From an uncultured delta proteobacterium (lineage in GTDB: Bacteria > Myxococcota > Myxococcia > Myxococcales > Myxococcaceae): DNA of 64,000 bases. A model generated the notes under the pieces. That model ran no database searches and was not told where the DNA came from. It saw only the letters and a program-made list of their open reading frames with translations. This document shows positions 9,999-19,873 of the stretch, piece by piece. Position 1 is the first letter of the stretch. Each line of letters starts with the position of its first letter. Where the stretch lies: the NCBI GenBank assembly GCA_963796055.1, contig CAWCKH010000001.1, forward strand, positions 285,642 to 349,641. The letters run 5' to 3'. The position numbers were made by a program, and so were the translations under genes.

Positions 9999-10883
9999 TC
10001 ACTGTTCGACGCGCGCCCGGCCGTGCTCCGCCGGCCGTGGTGAACTCGCCGTCCGCGGGTACGCTGCGGCGAGCACGACACCCAGCACCGTCGCGCCCAC
10101 TCCGAGCGCCGCGTTCAGGAACGGGGGCGCGGTCAGCGCGATGCGGATGAGCACGGTGACGACGGCGTAGCCCGAGCTCCGGAAGACATCCTCGTAGGTG
10201 AAGCTGTGGCGGAGCGAGAGGAAGACGATCAGCAGGTCGGCGAAGACCAGCACGGTGTACAGCGAGTCGAAGAAGACGTCGTAGGCCTCGTCGCCCCCGC
10301 GCCCAAGCACGGCGCCGGCGATGCTCTGCGCCCCGAAAGACAAGAAGATGGCGAGGACGATAAGGGCCACGGCCTCCTTCGAGGCAGTGAACTCCGCTTG
10401 CTCCGCCTCGTCGCTCTCGTGCTGCAGCTTGTAGAAGAGCCCGACGAGCGCGAACACCAGGACCGCGCTCGCGGCGTCGGCGACCATCGTCGGGACGAAG
10501 GGGCGCAACGTTTCCCAGCGGATTGGCTCGGAGGCGTGCACCAGCTCCTTGAGGCTCTGCCGCAAGAGGATGAGCGAGAGGATCTCGAACTGCCGCCCCA
10601 TCGTCCGCCCCGCGCTCCCGGAGAGGCCAAAGACCAGTCCGAGCACCTCGACGACTAGGAGGAGGTTGAAGCCGAGACGGACGGCGTGGAAGTGGTTCGA
10701 CGGAATCCACTCCATGGAGACGATGCCGAGGCGTCGGAGCTCGATGAGCACGAGTGAGGCGACGAAGATCGCGAGGAGCACGCTCGCGACGGTGCGCTGC
10801 GCGCGCGGAGCTTCCCAGCCCCGGTGGAGCCACCCGTAGATCCGGTGCGTCCAGGCGAGCGGGGGCGAGAGGGCCATGCGCAC
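9999..10883 (-). CDS. Hypothetical multi-pass membrane protein
   Basis: About 8 hydrophobic segments; GC3-biased frame. Confidence 0.7.
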   Translation of the reverse strand: MRMALSPPLAWTHRIYGWLHRGWEAPRAQRTVASVLLAIFVASLVLIELRRLGIVSMEWIPSNHFHAVRLGFNLLLVVEVLGLVFGLSGSAGRTMGRQFEILSLILLRQSLKELVHASEPIRWETLRPFVPTMVADAASAVLVFALVGLFYKLQHESDEAEQAEFTASKEAVALIVLAIFLSFGAQSIAGAVLGRGGDEAYDVFFDSLYTVLVFADLLIVFLSLRHSFTYEDVFRSSGYAVVTVLIRIALTAPPFLNAALGVGATVLGVVLAAAYPRTASSPRPAEHGRARVEQ

Positions 10884-11023
10884 CTCGTTCTAGTCGATCC
10901 TGAGGGGGCCCCATGCCAGAGCGACCGGGGCCTGGCGGCGTCGCCGATGCAGAGACGCCGAGCGTCAACGGCGGCGCGTGGGCATTGGCAGGAGCGACGA
11001 CCCGCGCGTCGCGGTCCGTCCGT

Positions 11024-11470
11024 CTATTCGGCGCGGTTGACCTCGGCGGTGAACACGGCCCCGTGCGTTGGCGCGGCCATGCGTGCGCTGGGCTCGGGGG
11101 TGACGGTGAGCGTGAAGGTTCGATGGGGCGTCGTGGTGTCCAACTTCCCGACGAGATCTGCGTCGATCTTGAGCGCGCCCACATTCTGGATCTCGGCATT
11201 GCGTGGCTGGATCCAGACGACATAGACGGAGGCGTCAGAAGCAACCCTCGCCGGCTCGGACAGGTGCTTCACTCGGACCTCGATCTGGGTGTTGTCGTTG
11301 GGGCCGGCCTTGGCCTGAACCGTCCCCTCACCGGAGGTGTTTGCGACGCTCGACTCCATCGACTGCTTCGGCGCGCTTGCGCACCGCGCTTGGCTGAAGG
11401 CGAGCATGCCGACGGACGCCAGGGTCATCACGCGGATGGGACGGCGGAAGCTGCTTCGAATGAATCGCAT
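11024..11470 (-). CDS. Hypothetical exported protein/lipoprotein
   Basis: Signal-like N-terminus ending in C; beta-rich 'YVVWIQP..NVGAL' domain; GAGG upstream. Confidence 0.6.
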   Translation of the reverse strand: MRFIRSSFRRPIRVMTLASVGMLAFSQARCASAPKQSMESSVANTSGEGTVQAKAGPNDNTQIEVRVKHLSEPARVASDASVYVVWIQPRNAEIQNVGALKIDADLVGKLDTTTPHRTFTLTVTPEPSARMAAPTHGAVFTAEVNRAE

Positions 11471-11699
11471 GACACTCACCTCGCAAGGAGAGAAGAAAGG
11501 ACGCACTATCCCCACCGCCGCAGGAACGTTCGGCACTCTCGCCCGCGCTCCGAGGAGGAGGTCGGCGAGCACGCGGGACAGTGCGCCGGACCGCTGCCAA
11601 AGGCAAGATACCGTTATGCTGTAGCGGCCGGACCCCTGTCGCTCGAGCGGCTGTCGGCGTTGCCTGTCCGCAGACCGCGGGCGCGCGTCGCTCGGAGAA

Positions 11700-11964
11700 G
11701 ACGCGCTGGTTTGCGCTGTCTACCCAGGCCGCGGCGACGCGCGCCGGAGTCAGCCACAAGCTGACCTTCCACGACTTGCAGCGTACCTACGGAGCGATGC
11801 TCATCGAGGCAGGCGTGGACATCTACACCGTCTCCCGGCTGCTCGGGCACCCCGATGTCCGCATCACGGCAGCGAAGCTCGGTCGGCACATCGGACGAGC
11901 ACTCGTGCGGGAGCTTCCGCCCGTTCCGAGCCTCCGAAAACCGGCCGGAAGCGTGGATCAGTAG
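11700..11964 (+). pseudogene. Tyrosine recombinase/integrase C-terminal remnant
   Basis: FHDLQRTY (degenerate HxLR) and VSRLLGH.DV.IT motifs; no N-terminal domains and no catalytic Tyr after the LGH motif. Confidence 0.75.
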
Positions 11965-11968
11965 GAAT

Positions 11969-11990
11969 CACGCCAACGCCACGCCAACGC
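11969..11990 (+). repeat. Tandem 11-bp direct repeat CACGCCAACGC x2, possible integrase arm-type site
   Basis: Exact duplication between the integrase remnant and the tRNA 3' end. Confidence 0.5.
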
Positions 11991-12058
11991 GGCCGATGCA
12001 CAAAATCGGCGTTTGGCGCAAATCTCGAAAATCCTCAGCAGTGGCGAGAAGTTTCGAG

Positions 12059-12131
<73 letters not shown>

Positions 12132-12303
12132 GGGCCCTTCTGCGGCCGCCCCTGGGAGGGCTGCCGAACGGGGGCAGGCTCATAGCGCAGCCGCGCCGCG
12201 GGCGCCAGTCCCCTGCCTCCTGGGCGTTCGCCTCGCCCGGTCGGGCAATCGGCCGTCGGCTGGCCCGTTTCTCCGGGCGCCGGACCACACGACGGAGCCA
12301 GCC

Positions 12304-12795
12304 ATGGTGGTTTCTCTCCTCCTGCTCGCGGCGCTCCTCGGCGCCCCGGATGCCGGCTCACCAGGCGCCGATTCCCATTCCGCTCACGCCGCCGGGGTGG
12401 ACCGCCGCGGTGACCAGGGAATGGGGTTCTCGCACCAGACCACGGCGCACCACTTCACCCTCACCGCGGACGGCGGGGTCATCTCCGCCGACGCGCTCGA
12501 CCCGGCGGACACCGACACCCGTGACAACATCCGCGGCCACTTCGCCCACATCGCGAGGGCCTTCTCCACCGGGGACTTCCACCTCCCGATGTTCATCCAC
12601 GAGACGATGCCGCCCGGCGCCGAGACCATGCAGCGGCTCCGCGCGAAGATCTCGTATCGGGCCGAGGACATCCCGGGAGGGGCCAAGGTGGTCATCCGCA
12701 CCGCCAATCCGGAGGCGCTCGCCGCCGTCCACGACTTCCTCCGATTCCAGATCGCCGACCACCGGACGGGGGACTCCCCGGACGTCCGGAGATGA
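12304..12795 (+). CDS. Hypothetical exported His-rich protein
   Basis: Signal peptide; 'MGFS...T.HHF' and 'AVHDFLRFQIADHRTGD'; ATGA coupling to the kinase. Confidence 0.7.
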   Translation: MVVSLLLLAALLGAPDAGSPGADSHSAHAAGVDRRGDQGMGFSHQTTAHHFTLTADGGVISADALDPADTDTRDNIRGHFAHIARAFSTGDFHLPMFIHETMPPGAETMQRLRAKISYRAEDIPGGAKVVIRTANPEALAAVHDFLRFQIADHRTGDSPDVRR

Positions 12796-13982
12796 CCGCG
12801 CCGGTCACCGCATCTCCGGGCCGCCGTGCTGCATCGGGGACCCTGGGGGGACACTCAGATGGTCTGCTCGACCGGATCATGAGCCCCGCGCGCCCCTCCC
12901 CCGCCCCCGCGGGTCCCCTCCGCGCCCTCAGGGACCCGCGGCTGTGGATCTGGTCGTTCGCCGGCTGGACCGCGGTCGGGGTGTTCGTCCTCGCCCAGCG
13001 GGCCCTCTTCAAGTACTCGCTTCACGAGCCTCCCGGGCTGGACGATCTCGGACCCACCCTGGCCAGCATGTGGATCTGGGCGGCGTTCACCCCACCCATC
13101 TTCGCCCTCGCCGACGCCCTGCCCGTCAGCCGCTCCAACTGGCGGCGTCGTGTTCCGCTCCACGTGCTGCTGGGAATGAGCACGGCGGCAGCCGACACGG
13201 TGGTGAGCAACGGGATGCTCCGGCCGCTGCTCGGCTGGCCCGAGCGGAGCTACCTCACCTACCTCGCGAGCGAGCTGTTCGTCTGCACCTTCAGCTACGG
13301 GCTCCTGGTCGCCATCCGCCAGGCGATGAACGCGTACCGGCTCGCCGCCGAGCGCCGGCTGCGGGCCTCGGAGCTGGAGACCGAGCTGGCGCGGGCGCAT
13401 CTCCGGGCGCTCCAGATGCAGCTCCGGCCCCACTTCCTGTTCAACGCCCTGCACACCGTGGCGGCGCTGGTCCGCGGCGGCGAGTCGCGCGCGGCGGTGC
13501 GCACGCTCTCCGAGCTGGGCGAATTCCTCCGCTGGGTGCTGGAGCAGGACGATGCACAGCTGGTCCCCCTCCGCCGGGAGCTGGACCTGCTCGACCGTTA
13601 CCTGCGCATCGAGCAGATCCGCTTCCAGGACCGGCTGACCACGCAGGTCGACGTCGAGCCGCGCGCCCTCGAGGCGCTGGTCCCGGCGCTCATCCTCCAG
13701 CCGCTGGTGGAGAACGCCGTCCACCACGGGCTGGCCAGCGCCTCCCGGCCCGGACGGATCGATGTCACCGTGCACGTGGACGCGCCGATGCTCTGCATCG
13801 AGGTCCGGGACAGCGGCGCCGGCCCCTCGCCGTCCGGGCGGCAGGGAATCGGCCTCGGCAACACCCGCGCGCGGCTGGAGCGCCTGTATGGCAGCGACCA
13901 TCGCTTCGAGCTCCGTCCCTCCGAGGAGGGCGGCGCGGTCGCCCAGCTCCGCATCCCCTTCCGGCCGGCGGTGAGGTCGTGA
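12792..13982 (+). CDS. LytS/YehU-family sensor histidine kinase (alternative start 12879)
   Basis: TM region, LQMQLRPHFLFNALH, LQPLVENAVHHG, D.G.G and GIGLGNTRARL. Confidence 0.9.
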   Translation: MTAPVTASPGRRAASGTLGGHSDGLLDRIMSPARPSPAPAGPLRALRDPRLWIWSFAGWTAVGVFVLAQRALFKYSLHEPPGLDDLGPTLASMWIWAAFTPPIFALADALPVSRSNWRRRVPLHVLLGMSTAAADTVVSNGMLRPLLGWPERSYLTYLASELFVCTFSYGLLVAIRQAMNAYRLAAERRLRASELETELARAHLRALQMQLRPHFLFNALHTVAALVRGGESRAAVRTLSELGEFLRWVLEQDDAQLVPLRRELDLLDRYLRIEQIRFQDRLTTQVDVEPRALEALVPALILQPLVENAVHHGLASASRPGRIDVTVHVDAPMLCIEVRDSGAGPSPSGRQGIGLGNTRARLERLYGSDHRFELRPSEEGGAVAQLRIPFRPAVRS

Positions 13983-14725
13983 ACGCGCGCCTCCTCCGGG
14001 CCCTGGTGGTCGACGACGAGCCGCTGGCCCGCCAAACCCTCCGGGCGTTGCTCGAGCGAGAGCGCGACGTGGAGGTGCTCGGCGAGTGCGGTGACGGGCC
14101 GAGCGCTGCCGAGGCGGTGCGCGCCGGACGGCCCGACCTCCTGTTCCTCGACGTGCAGATGCCGGAGCTCGATGGGTTCGGGGTGCTCCGCGCGGTCCGC
14201 GACGTCCAGGTACCGGCGGTGGTCTTCGTCACCGCCTACGGAGAGCACGCCGTCCAGGCCTTCGACGAGGAGGCGACGGACTACCTGGTGAAGCCCTTCG
14301 ACGACGAGCGCTTCGGCCGCGCGCTCGACCGCGCCAGGGCTCGCGTCGAGGCCACGCGTCGAGAGATCGCGCCTCCGGAGGGCCCGGGTCGCTGGCTGGA
14401 GCGCTTCGCCGTCGAGTGCGGGGGCCGGATCTCCATCGTGCCCGTGGACACCGTCCAGTGGATCGAGGCGCAGGACTACTACGTGCAGATCCACGCCGAC
14501 GGGAAGGAGCACCTCCTCCGCGAGTCGCTCCAGAACCTCGAGACCCGGCTGGATCCGCGGCGCTTCGCGCGCGTCCATCGCTCGGCCATCGTCAACGTCG
14601 GCTGCGTGAAGCAGCTCAGGCGGCGCACCCATGGCGAGTACGCGCTGGTGCTCGAGGACGGGACCGAGCTGAGGCTGAGCCGGACGCACCGGGACCAGCT
14701 GCAGCTGCTCCTCGGGATCTGCTGA
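13979..14725 (+). CDS. LytTR-family response regulator
   Basis: VVDDEPLAR, FLDVQMP, FVTAY, DYLVKPF; LytTR 'FARVHRSAIVN'; GTGA overlap. Confidence 0.92.
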   Translation: MNARLLRALVVDDEPLARQTLRALLERERDVEVLGECGDGPSAAEAVRAGRPDLLFLDVQMPELDGFGVLRAVRDVQVPAVVFVTAYGEHAVQAFDEEATDYLVKPFDDERFGRALDRARARVEATRREIAPPEGPGRWLERFAVECGGRISIVPVDTVQWIEAQDYYVQIHADGKEHLLRESLQNLETRLDPRRFARVHRSAIVNVGCVKQLRRRTHGEYALVLEDGTELRLSRTHRDQLQLLLGIC

Positions 14726-14742
14726 CCGCGCCTCTGCAGAGC

Positions 14743-14830
14743 CCGAGCAAGTACCTCACCGTCCGGGCGCGCCAGCCGGACGGCACGTGGAAGTACATCC
14801 TCGACGGCAGCAACAGCCGACCGCCCACCC
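14743..14830 (+). pseudogene. Remnant of the C-terminus of a DUF4440/SnoaL-like (NTF2-fold) protein
   Basis: SKYLTVRARQPDGTWKYILDGSNS resembles 'GKYLTVW.RQPDGSWK...D'; no start or N-terminal part. Confidence 0.45.
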
Positions 14831-15016
14831 TCCCCCGAGCTGGGCAGGCCGTCGTCGACGGGCCCGGCGGGGAAGTCCGATCAGTCGGGGTTCTCCGATG
14901 CCCATCGTCTGACAGGCGACGGAGGCGCAGCGAGTCGTGTCAGACCCAGTGAACATCCTTGCGGTCGACGGGGCCGACGCGGGCTCGGCTGAAACTGTGT
15001 GAGCGCAACCTTGCGC

Positions 15017-15514
15017 TCACGGAGGACAGGTTCCGGAACAACTGTAAACACCAGCGTCAGCGTTACAGACGGTCGCTGCCTCGAGCTGTCCACAGGCGAC
15101 CGTGCAGGTGCCGTTGTGGCAGTCGGCCAGGCAGGTCTGTAATGGAGTGCAGCTCATCGAGCAGTCGACCTTCTCGCCGTTGGGCACGCAGGTCAGCTGG
15201 CAGAGGCCGGGATCGCACGTGGGCGTGCATGTCTGGCCGGAGCGCTCGCAACTGAAGCTGCAGCTCGTCCCCGAGCAGCTCGTCGTACATTCCTCGAGCT
15301 GCGTGCACCCGGCGCGGCAGAGCTGCGAGCCACACACCGGACTGCAGTCGACACCGGTTCCCGGGCAGATGGGCGTGCCCGCGTCGGGGCCGGCGTCCGG
15401 TCCGCCGTCGGCGCCTCCATCCACCCCGGCGTTCTGGCCCACCACCTCGTCCACCGTGCAGGCCACCGCCAGACCGAGGACGACCGCGGAGAGAACAGCT
15501 GCCCGCGCCGTCAC
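15017..15514 (-). CDS. Cys-rich lipoprotein
   Basis: Lipobox LAVAC, DGG/DAG linker, regularly spaced Cys (CxxxC repeats). Confidence 0.7.
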   Translation of the reverse strand: MTARAAVLSAVVLGLAVACTVDEVVGQNAGVDGGADGGPDAGPDAGTPICPGTGVDCSPVCGSQLCRAGCTQLEECTTSCSGTSCSFSCERSGQTCTPTCDPGLCQLTCVPNGEKVDCSMSCTPLQTCLADCHNGTCTVACGQLEAATVCNADAGVYSCSGTCPP

Positions 15515-16257
15515 CGGTGTTCCCGCAGCGCGGCGTCGATGCCGGGGAGCTGGATGCTGCGCGGATGCGCCTTCCGGAAACGCACGGCCCGCGCCCGGGC
15601 CTCGGACTCACGACCCTCGCGCACCAGGAGGCGGATGATCAGCGCTTCGCGCTCCTCCACCAGATGCCCCGTGGGGAACTGCGCGGCGTGCCGGTCGAGC
15701 AGCCCCGCGGCCTCGCGGAGCTGGCCCCGGACGATGTCCTGCCGTGCCCGGTCCAGCAAGGTGCGCTCCTCGCCGAGGGTGTCCGGGGGGGCCTCGGGCT
15801 GCGCCTCGGGGGCCGGTGGCTCGATGGTCGGCGGCGCCACGGGCCGGGCAATCGGCGTAGGGGCCGGGACGGGCGCCGTGGTCGCCGCGCGGCTCTTCGC
15901 TCGCTCGGAGCGGACCTCGATGTAGGCCGCCGTGCCTCCGCCGACTCCCACTGCGGCGGCCACGCCGAGCACCAGCACCTTCTTCGCCAGCAAGGTGCCG
16001 GCGAGCCCAGTCGCCGCTGCACCCGTCCCGCCCACACCCCCGGTTCCGCCCGCCGTCCCTGCGGCGGCAACGCCCGCGGCGGCGGCAGTCGAGGTCCCGG
16101 CGGCGGCGGCGAGGAAGCCTGCACCCAGCCCGAGCGTCAGGGCCACGCGCCGCTGCACCCGCTCCCTTGCGCCATCGGGCGGTGCGAGCGCGGCGGCGTC
16201 CTCGCGCTCGAGGTCGGCCCATCCGGCGGGGAGCTCCGGGATCAGCCGCTCGCTCAC
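15511..16257 (-). CDS. Putative anti-sigma factor (Ala/Gly-rich linker, single TM, C-terminal TPR-like helices)
   Basis: GTGA-coupled directly after the ECF sigma gene; 'LGEERTLLDRAR...FPTGHLVEEREAL'. Confidence 0.65.
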   Translation of the reverse strand: MSERLIPELPAGWADLEREDAAALAPPDGARERVQRRVALTLGLGAGFLAAAAGTSTAAAAGVAAAGTAGGTGGVGGTGAAATGLAGTLLAKKVLVLGVAAAVGVGGGTAAYIEVRSERAKSRAATTAPVPAPTPIARPVAPPTIEPPAPEAQPEAPPDTLGEERTLLDRARQDIVRGQLREAAGLLDRHAAQFPTGHLVEEREALIIRLLVREGRESEARARAVRFRKAHPRSIQLPGIDAALREHR

Positions 16258-16802
16258 GGCCCACCTCGCAGCGCCGCGGTGATCTTCGCCCGGCCGAGCC
16301 GGAGCCGCGAGTACACGGTGTTCAGCGGGACGTCGAGCGAGGTGGCAATCTCCGGGACCGGGATCCCGTTCAGGTCGTGCATCACCACCACCACGCGCTG
16401 GTCGATGTCGAGCTGCGCCAGCGCCGCCTGCAACCGGCTGCGGGCCTGCTGCGAGGCAACCATGTCGTCCGGCGACCGTGCGTCGTCCGCGCGTTCCGGC
16501 ACGGGCTCGGCCACAGTCACCTCCAGCCGGTGCCGCCGGCGCCACTGCGCGGCGATGCGGAAGGCGATGCCCAGGAGCCAGGGGCGGAGCGGGCGCGACG
16601 CGTCATACGTGCCATAGCGGCGGTGGGCCACCACGAACACGTCATGGACCGCATCCTCCACATCTGCCTCCGGTACCCCGAGTCGTCTCAAGTAGAGCCA
16701 GACCGCCTCGAACTCCGCGTCGTAAGCTGCGGCGAAGGCCGCGTCGTCGGGGACGGTGGCCGCGGGGGCCAGGGAGGCGGCGGACTGCACTCCCTCATTC
16801 AT
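16254..16802 (-). CDS. ECF-family RNA polymerase sigma-70 factor
   Basis: Region 2 'DVEDAVHDVF...LRPWLLGIA'; region 4 'EIATSLDVPLNTVYSRLRLGR'. Confidence 0.9.
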   Translation of the reverse strand: MNEGVQSAASLAPAATVPDDAAFAAAYDAEFEAVWLYLRRLGVPEADVEDAVHDVFVVAHRRYGTYDASRPLRPWLLGIAFRIAAQWRRRHRLEVTVAEPVPERADDARSPDDMVASQQARSRLQAALAQLDIDQRVVVVMHDLNGIPVPEIATSLDVPLNTVYSRLRLGRAKITAALRGGP

Positions 16803-16830
16803 TGTCGGGGTCGAAGCCGATCCGTCACCG

Positions 16831-18165
16831 TCAGAAGCTTCCAAAGAGGCCTCCCCCCACCCACACCGAGATCGGCGGGACGGCCCATGCCTCCTGGGAA
16901 TCCACGAGGAACCGCGGACGGACCACGTTCACCGCGCCATCGAGGTGCAGCCGCAGACCCACTGGGTCAGCGAAGAGCCACTCCCACTGTCCCCGGGCAC
17001 CCACGGAGACCATCCAGGCGCTCACCTCCTGGGAGCGACTGTACCCCTCTCCCTTTCCGCTGACCGGGCCGGCCTGGGTGAGCCCACAGGCGGCCCAGCT
17101 ACCGAACCGCGCGCAGCCCACCAGGGCGCCGCTCACCAGCGAGGTGGAGATGGAGCCCGTGCCGAACGCCAGGCTCGTTCCCGGGAGCCATCGGCCCTCG
17201 AGCTCGACGGACGCGGTGCTCGAGGCCGCGCCGGCGTGCACCAGGACTCCGCCTGCGATGCCGGGGAGGACCCCGCCAGCGCCCACCGCACCGACGCCGA
17301 CCACCGGTCGCCAGCCGGTCCGTGGTGCAGGCGCGGCCGCGGCAACAGCGGGTTCGGCCAGAGCCTCGGGCACGGCGGCGTCCCCGGCGGGCGCCAGGAC
17401 GATCCCGGCGTCCGGTGCTCCTGCGCCCGCGTCGGCGAGGGCCAGACCCGCATCGGGAGCCATCGTCCCGGCATCGCGGAGCGCGGGCCCCGCGTCGGGC
17501 GGCGGGAGTCCCGCGTCCCGAACGGCCGGAAGGCGCCCGGCGTCCGGCCCGGAGGCGAGCGCCAGGGGGACCAGGCCGAGGGACGCGAGCGGTCCGCCAT
17601 CGGGCAGCAGCCCCCTCCGGGCCGCGGAGCTCTCCCGCGGGGCGGCGCTGACGCCCGGCGTGGAGGTGAACACCGGCGGCGACGTGGTGCCGGGCGACGC
17701 GGACGCGGTGGACGGGGTCCTGGGCGGAGGCGGAGGCGCGGGTGCCCTGGGCGGAGGCGCGGGGGGCGGCGGCGGGGCGAGCGGATCGATGGCCAGCGCG
17801 ATGGCCAGGGCGACCGCGCTCCCGAGCTCCTCGCACCCAGGACCGGCGGCCGAGAGCTCACGCACCCCGAGCACGCGGCCGGAGCGGGTGTCCAGGAGCT
17901 GCACGCGCGCGGCGATGTCGGTGCCCTCGCCCCGGAGCACGCAGCGGACGGTGCGCGGCGCCTTCCGGGTGAAGGGACGCTGGTGGAGGATCTCCGAGAC
18001 CTGCGCCTCGAGCGCGCGCCTCGTCGGACACCGCTCGGCTCCAGGCAGGCGCCGATAGGCGAGAGCCACGCGGGGGGGCGGCTTCCGGACGCGTGCACTC
18101 ACGGTCGCCGCGCCGGTCAGCGCGAGACAGAGTCCACAGAGCAGCGGGCTCGCCCGGCGATACAT
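16831..18165 (-). CDS. Hypothetical exported protein with Pro-rich/DAG-repeat linker and C-terminal beta-strand-rich domain
   Basis: Signal peptide, CP...C pair, heptad DAG repeats, alternating beta strands, terminal F. Confidence 0.65.
   Translation of the reverse strand: MYRRASPLLCGLCLALTGAATVSARVRKPPPRVALAYRRLPGAERCPTRRALEAQVSEILHQRPFTRKAPRTVRCVLRGEGTDIAARVQLLDTRSGRVLGVRELSAAGPGCEELGSAVALAIALAIDPLAPPPPPAPPPRAPAPPPPPRTPSTASASPGTTSPPVFTSTPGVSAAPRESSAARRGLLPDGGPLASLGLVPLALASGPDAGRLPAVRDAGLPPPDAGPALRDAGTMAPDAGLALADAGAGAPDAGIVLAPAGDAAVPEALAEPAVAAAAPAPRTGWRPVVGVGAVGAGGVLPGIAGGVLVHAGAASSTASVELEGRWLPGTSLAFGTGSISTSLVSGALVGCARFGSWAACGLTQAGPVSGKGEGYSRSQEVSAWMVSVGARGQWEWLFADPVGLRLHLDGAVNVVRPRFLVDSQEAWAVPPISVWVGGGLFGSF
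17390..17552 (-). repeat. Protein-level heptad repeat DAG-x4 (six consecutive units)
   Basis: DAGLPPP DAGPALR DAGTMAP DAGLALA DAGAGAP DAGIVLA, preceded by DAGRLPAVR. Confidence 0.7.
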
Positions 18166-18279
18166 CGGCGAGGCATCCTGCCGACTCGGCGGGCGTCAGG
18201 CGAGAAAACAGAGGACGGCCCGGGCATGCGACCGCGCCCCCGGACTCCGGCCCACAAGCGTGCGTGGCGTGCACCGCGC

Positions 18280-19317
18280 TCAGGGCGGGAGGGTGATCCT
18301 CCCGGGCGCGTTGCTGGTCCCGCTCTGGGTGTGGCAGCTGTTGCAGTCGCCGGTGGAGACGGCCGTCCCCATCGACCGCGTCTTCCCGTTGAAGGTCACC
18401 CGGGCGGTGATGGGGAAGGTGAGCTGGGCGGAGCCGTGGAAATTGCCGGACACGCTGCTGGCGGTGAACGTTGCCGTCACACCGTTCACGTCGGTGACCA
18501 TCACCACCGCCCCGCCGGCCGCGCTTCCGTTGCAGTCGTCCGGCTCGTGCCCGGTGGGGAAGACGGTCCCGCCGACGTTGAAGCTCGGGCCCCCCTGCTG
18601 TCTGTGGCAGACGATGCACGGGTGGCCCGGCTCCATGTCGGAGCTCCCTCGCGTCCCGCCGGTCCAGTGCGAGTTGCTGGTGCACACCGGCGCGGCGTCG
18701 AGGGGGTCCGGCGGTGGAGGAGGTCCGGCGTCCGGCGGCGGCGGTGGAACCCCACCGTCCGTGGCGCAGGTCCCCGCAGGCATGCCGGCATTGACCCAGG
18801 CCTGGAAGGCGGTGAGGTCCGCGGCGGGCACCGCGGCGTTCGGCGGCGGTGGCATCGGCGAGGTCGACGACTGCATCCGCACCACCGACCTCGCTCCATT
18901 GTTCTGCGATGGGTACCCGGGCGCGGCCGCGAGCAGCGCGGCGGGCGTGGCGAGGGACTGGGGGGCGCCACCGGCCGGAGTCGCCCCGTGGCAGCTCCAG
19001 CAATGCACGCTCAGCACGTCGTACGCCGCACAGGGGAACTCGGACGAGAGCACCACGCCGCCATCCGGTGCCGAGCCACCCGTCCCACCATCCTGACCCG
19101 GAGGGGTGCTTCCACCGTCTTGACCCGAGCCCGCGCCCGGAGCGCCGCCGCCCTGGGTGCCAGCGGGAACGCCACCGGTCGGCCCCGACCCCCCTCCGGG
19201 GGTGATGGTGCCGTCGCAGCCACCGAGCCCGGCGGCGAGCGTGACCGCGAAGAGGAGTCCCAGCGCACATCTGCTTCCGAGCGCGCGCGCACCCACCACA
19301 CCCTGTCGTCCGTGCAC
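18280..19317 (-). CDS. Triheme c-type cytochrome lipoprotein (start uncertain, possibly about 19299)
   Basis: Lipobox LGGC; CWSCH (with downstream MPP), CIVCH, CNSCH. Confidence 0.8.
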   Translation of the reverse strand: MHGRQGVVGARALGSRCALGLLFAVTLAAGLGGCDGTITPGGGSGPTGGVPAGTQGGGAPGAGSGQDGGSTPPGQDGGTGGSAPDGGVVLSSEFPCAAYDVLSVHCWSCHGATPAGGAPQSLATPAALLAAAPGYPSQNNGARSVVRMQSSTSPMPPPPNAAVPAADLTAFQAWVNAGMPAGTCATDGGVPPPPPDAGPPPPPDPLDAAPVCTSNSHWTGGTRGSSDMEPGHPCIVCHRQQGGPSFNVGGTVFPTGHEPDDCNGSAAGGAVVMVTDVNGVTATFTASSVSGNFHGSAQLTFPITARVTFNGKTRSMGTAVSTGDCNSCHTQSGTSNAPGRITLPP

Positions 19318-19497
19318 CGTCCTGCCTCCGCTCGCGCCGTTCGAGCAGACTCCCGCCCGTCCATTGCGTGCGCGGCTCGCTCTCCGTCACGGTCGACGGA
19401 CACAGCGACGGAAACGGCAGGTGCGAGGAACTGCGCTCTTCTGCGCACCTCGGCTCGCGCGAGGGCTAGTCTCGGGCTCGCCCACCAGGGAGGGCGC

Positions 19498-19851
19498 ATG
19501 CGCCATTCGGTCCGATTTCCCTTCGCCGCGACGCTATTGCTGGTCGGCTGTCAGCATGACGCCGGGGTGACGCGGCTGGCAACCGCGCCGCCGAAGCCCG
19601 CGGGCTGCCAGCTCCAGCTCTTCGCCACTGAGGCCGAGGTGAACCGCCCGTTCGAGGCAGTGTGCCTCGTCGACACGGCCTTCCTCGCCACCATGCGCCG
19701 ACCGAGCAGCGTGGCGGAGGTTCCCGAGACCGCGCGCACGCAGGCCTGTCAGTGCGGAGGCGATGCACTGATCATCACCGGGCCCGCGGATGCAGGCGCC
19801 CCCGAGGGCAATGCCTCGGTGGTGAAGGTCATCCGGTTCACCGGCCCATGA
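19498..19851 (+). CDS. Small hypothetical lipoprotein
   Basis: GGGAGG then ATG; lipobox LVGC; 'QACQCGGDALII' motif. Confidence 0.6.
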   Translation: MRHSVRFPFAATLLLVGCQHDAGVTRLATAPPKPAGCQLQLFATEAEVNRPFEAVCLVDTAFLATMRRPSSVAEVPETARTQACQCGGDALIITGPADAGAPEGNASVVKVIRFTGP

Positions 19852-19873
19852 GTCGTCGCCGTGGAGACCGCGC

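Noticed and set aside
12350..13978. Apparent 791-aa response regulator
   Set aside because: The N-terminal part is an off-frame read of the upstream genes; the real start is GTG 13979.
18237..18246. CCCCGGACTC matching part of the tRNA-Leu 3' end, as a possible att copy at the island's left edge
   Set aside because: It is only 10 bp, GC-rich and excludes the terminal bases, so it is compatible with chance.
16756..19497. 1031-aa plus-strand ORF
   Set aside because: It is a GC-rich shadow of minus-strand genes. Only 19498-19851 has an RBS and a lipobox.
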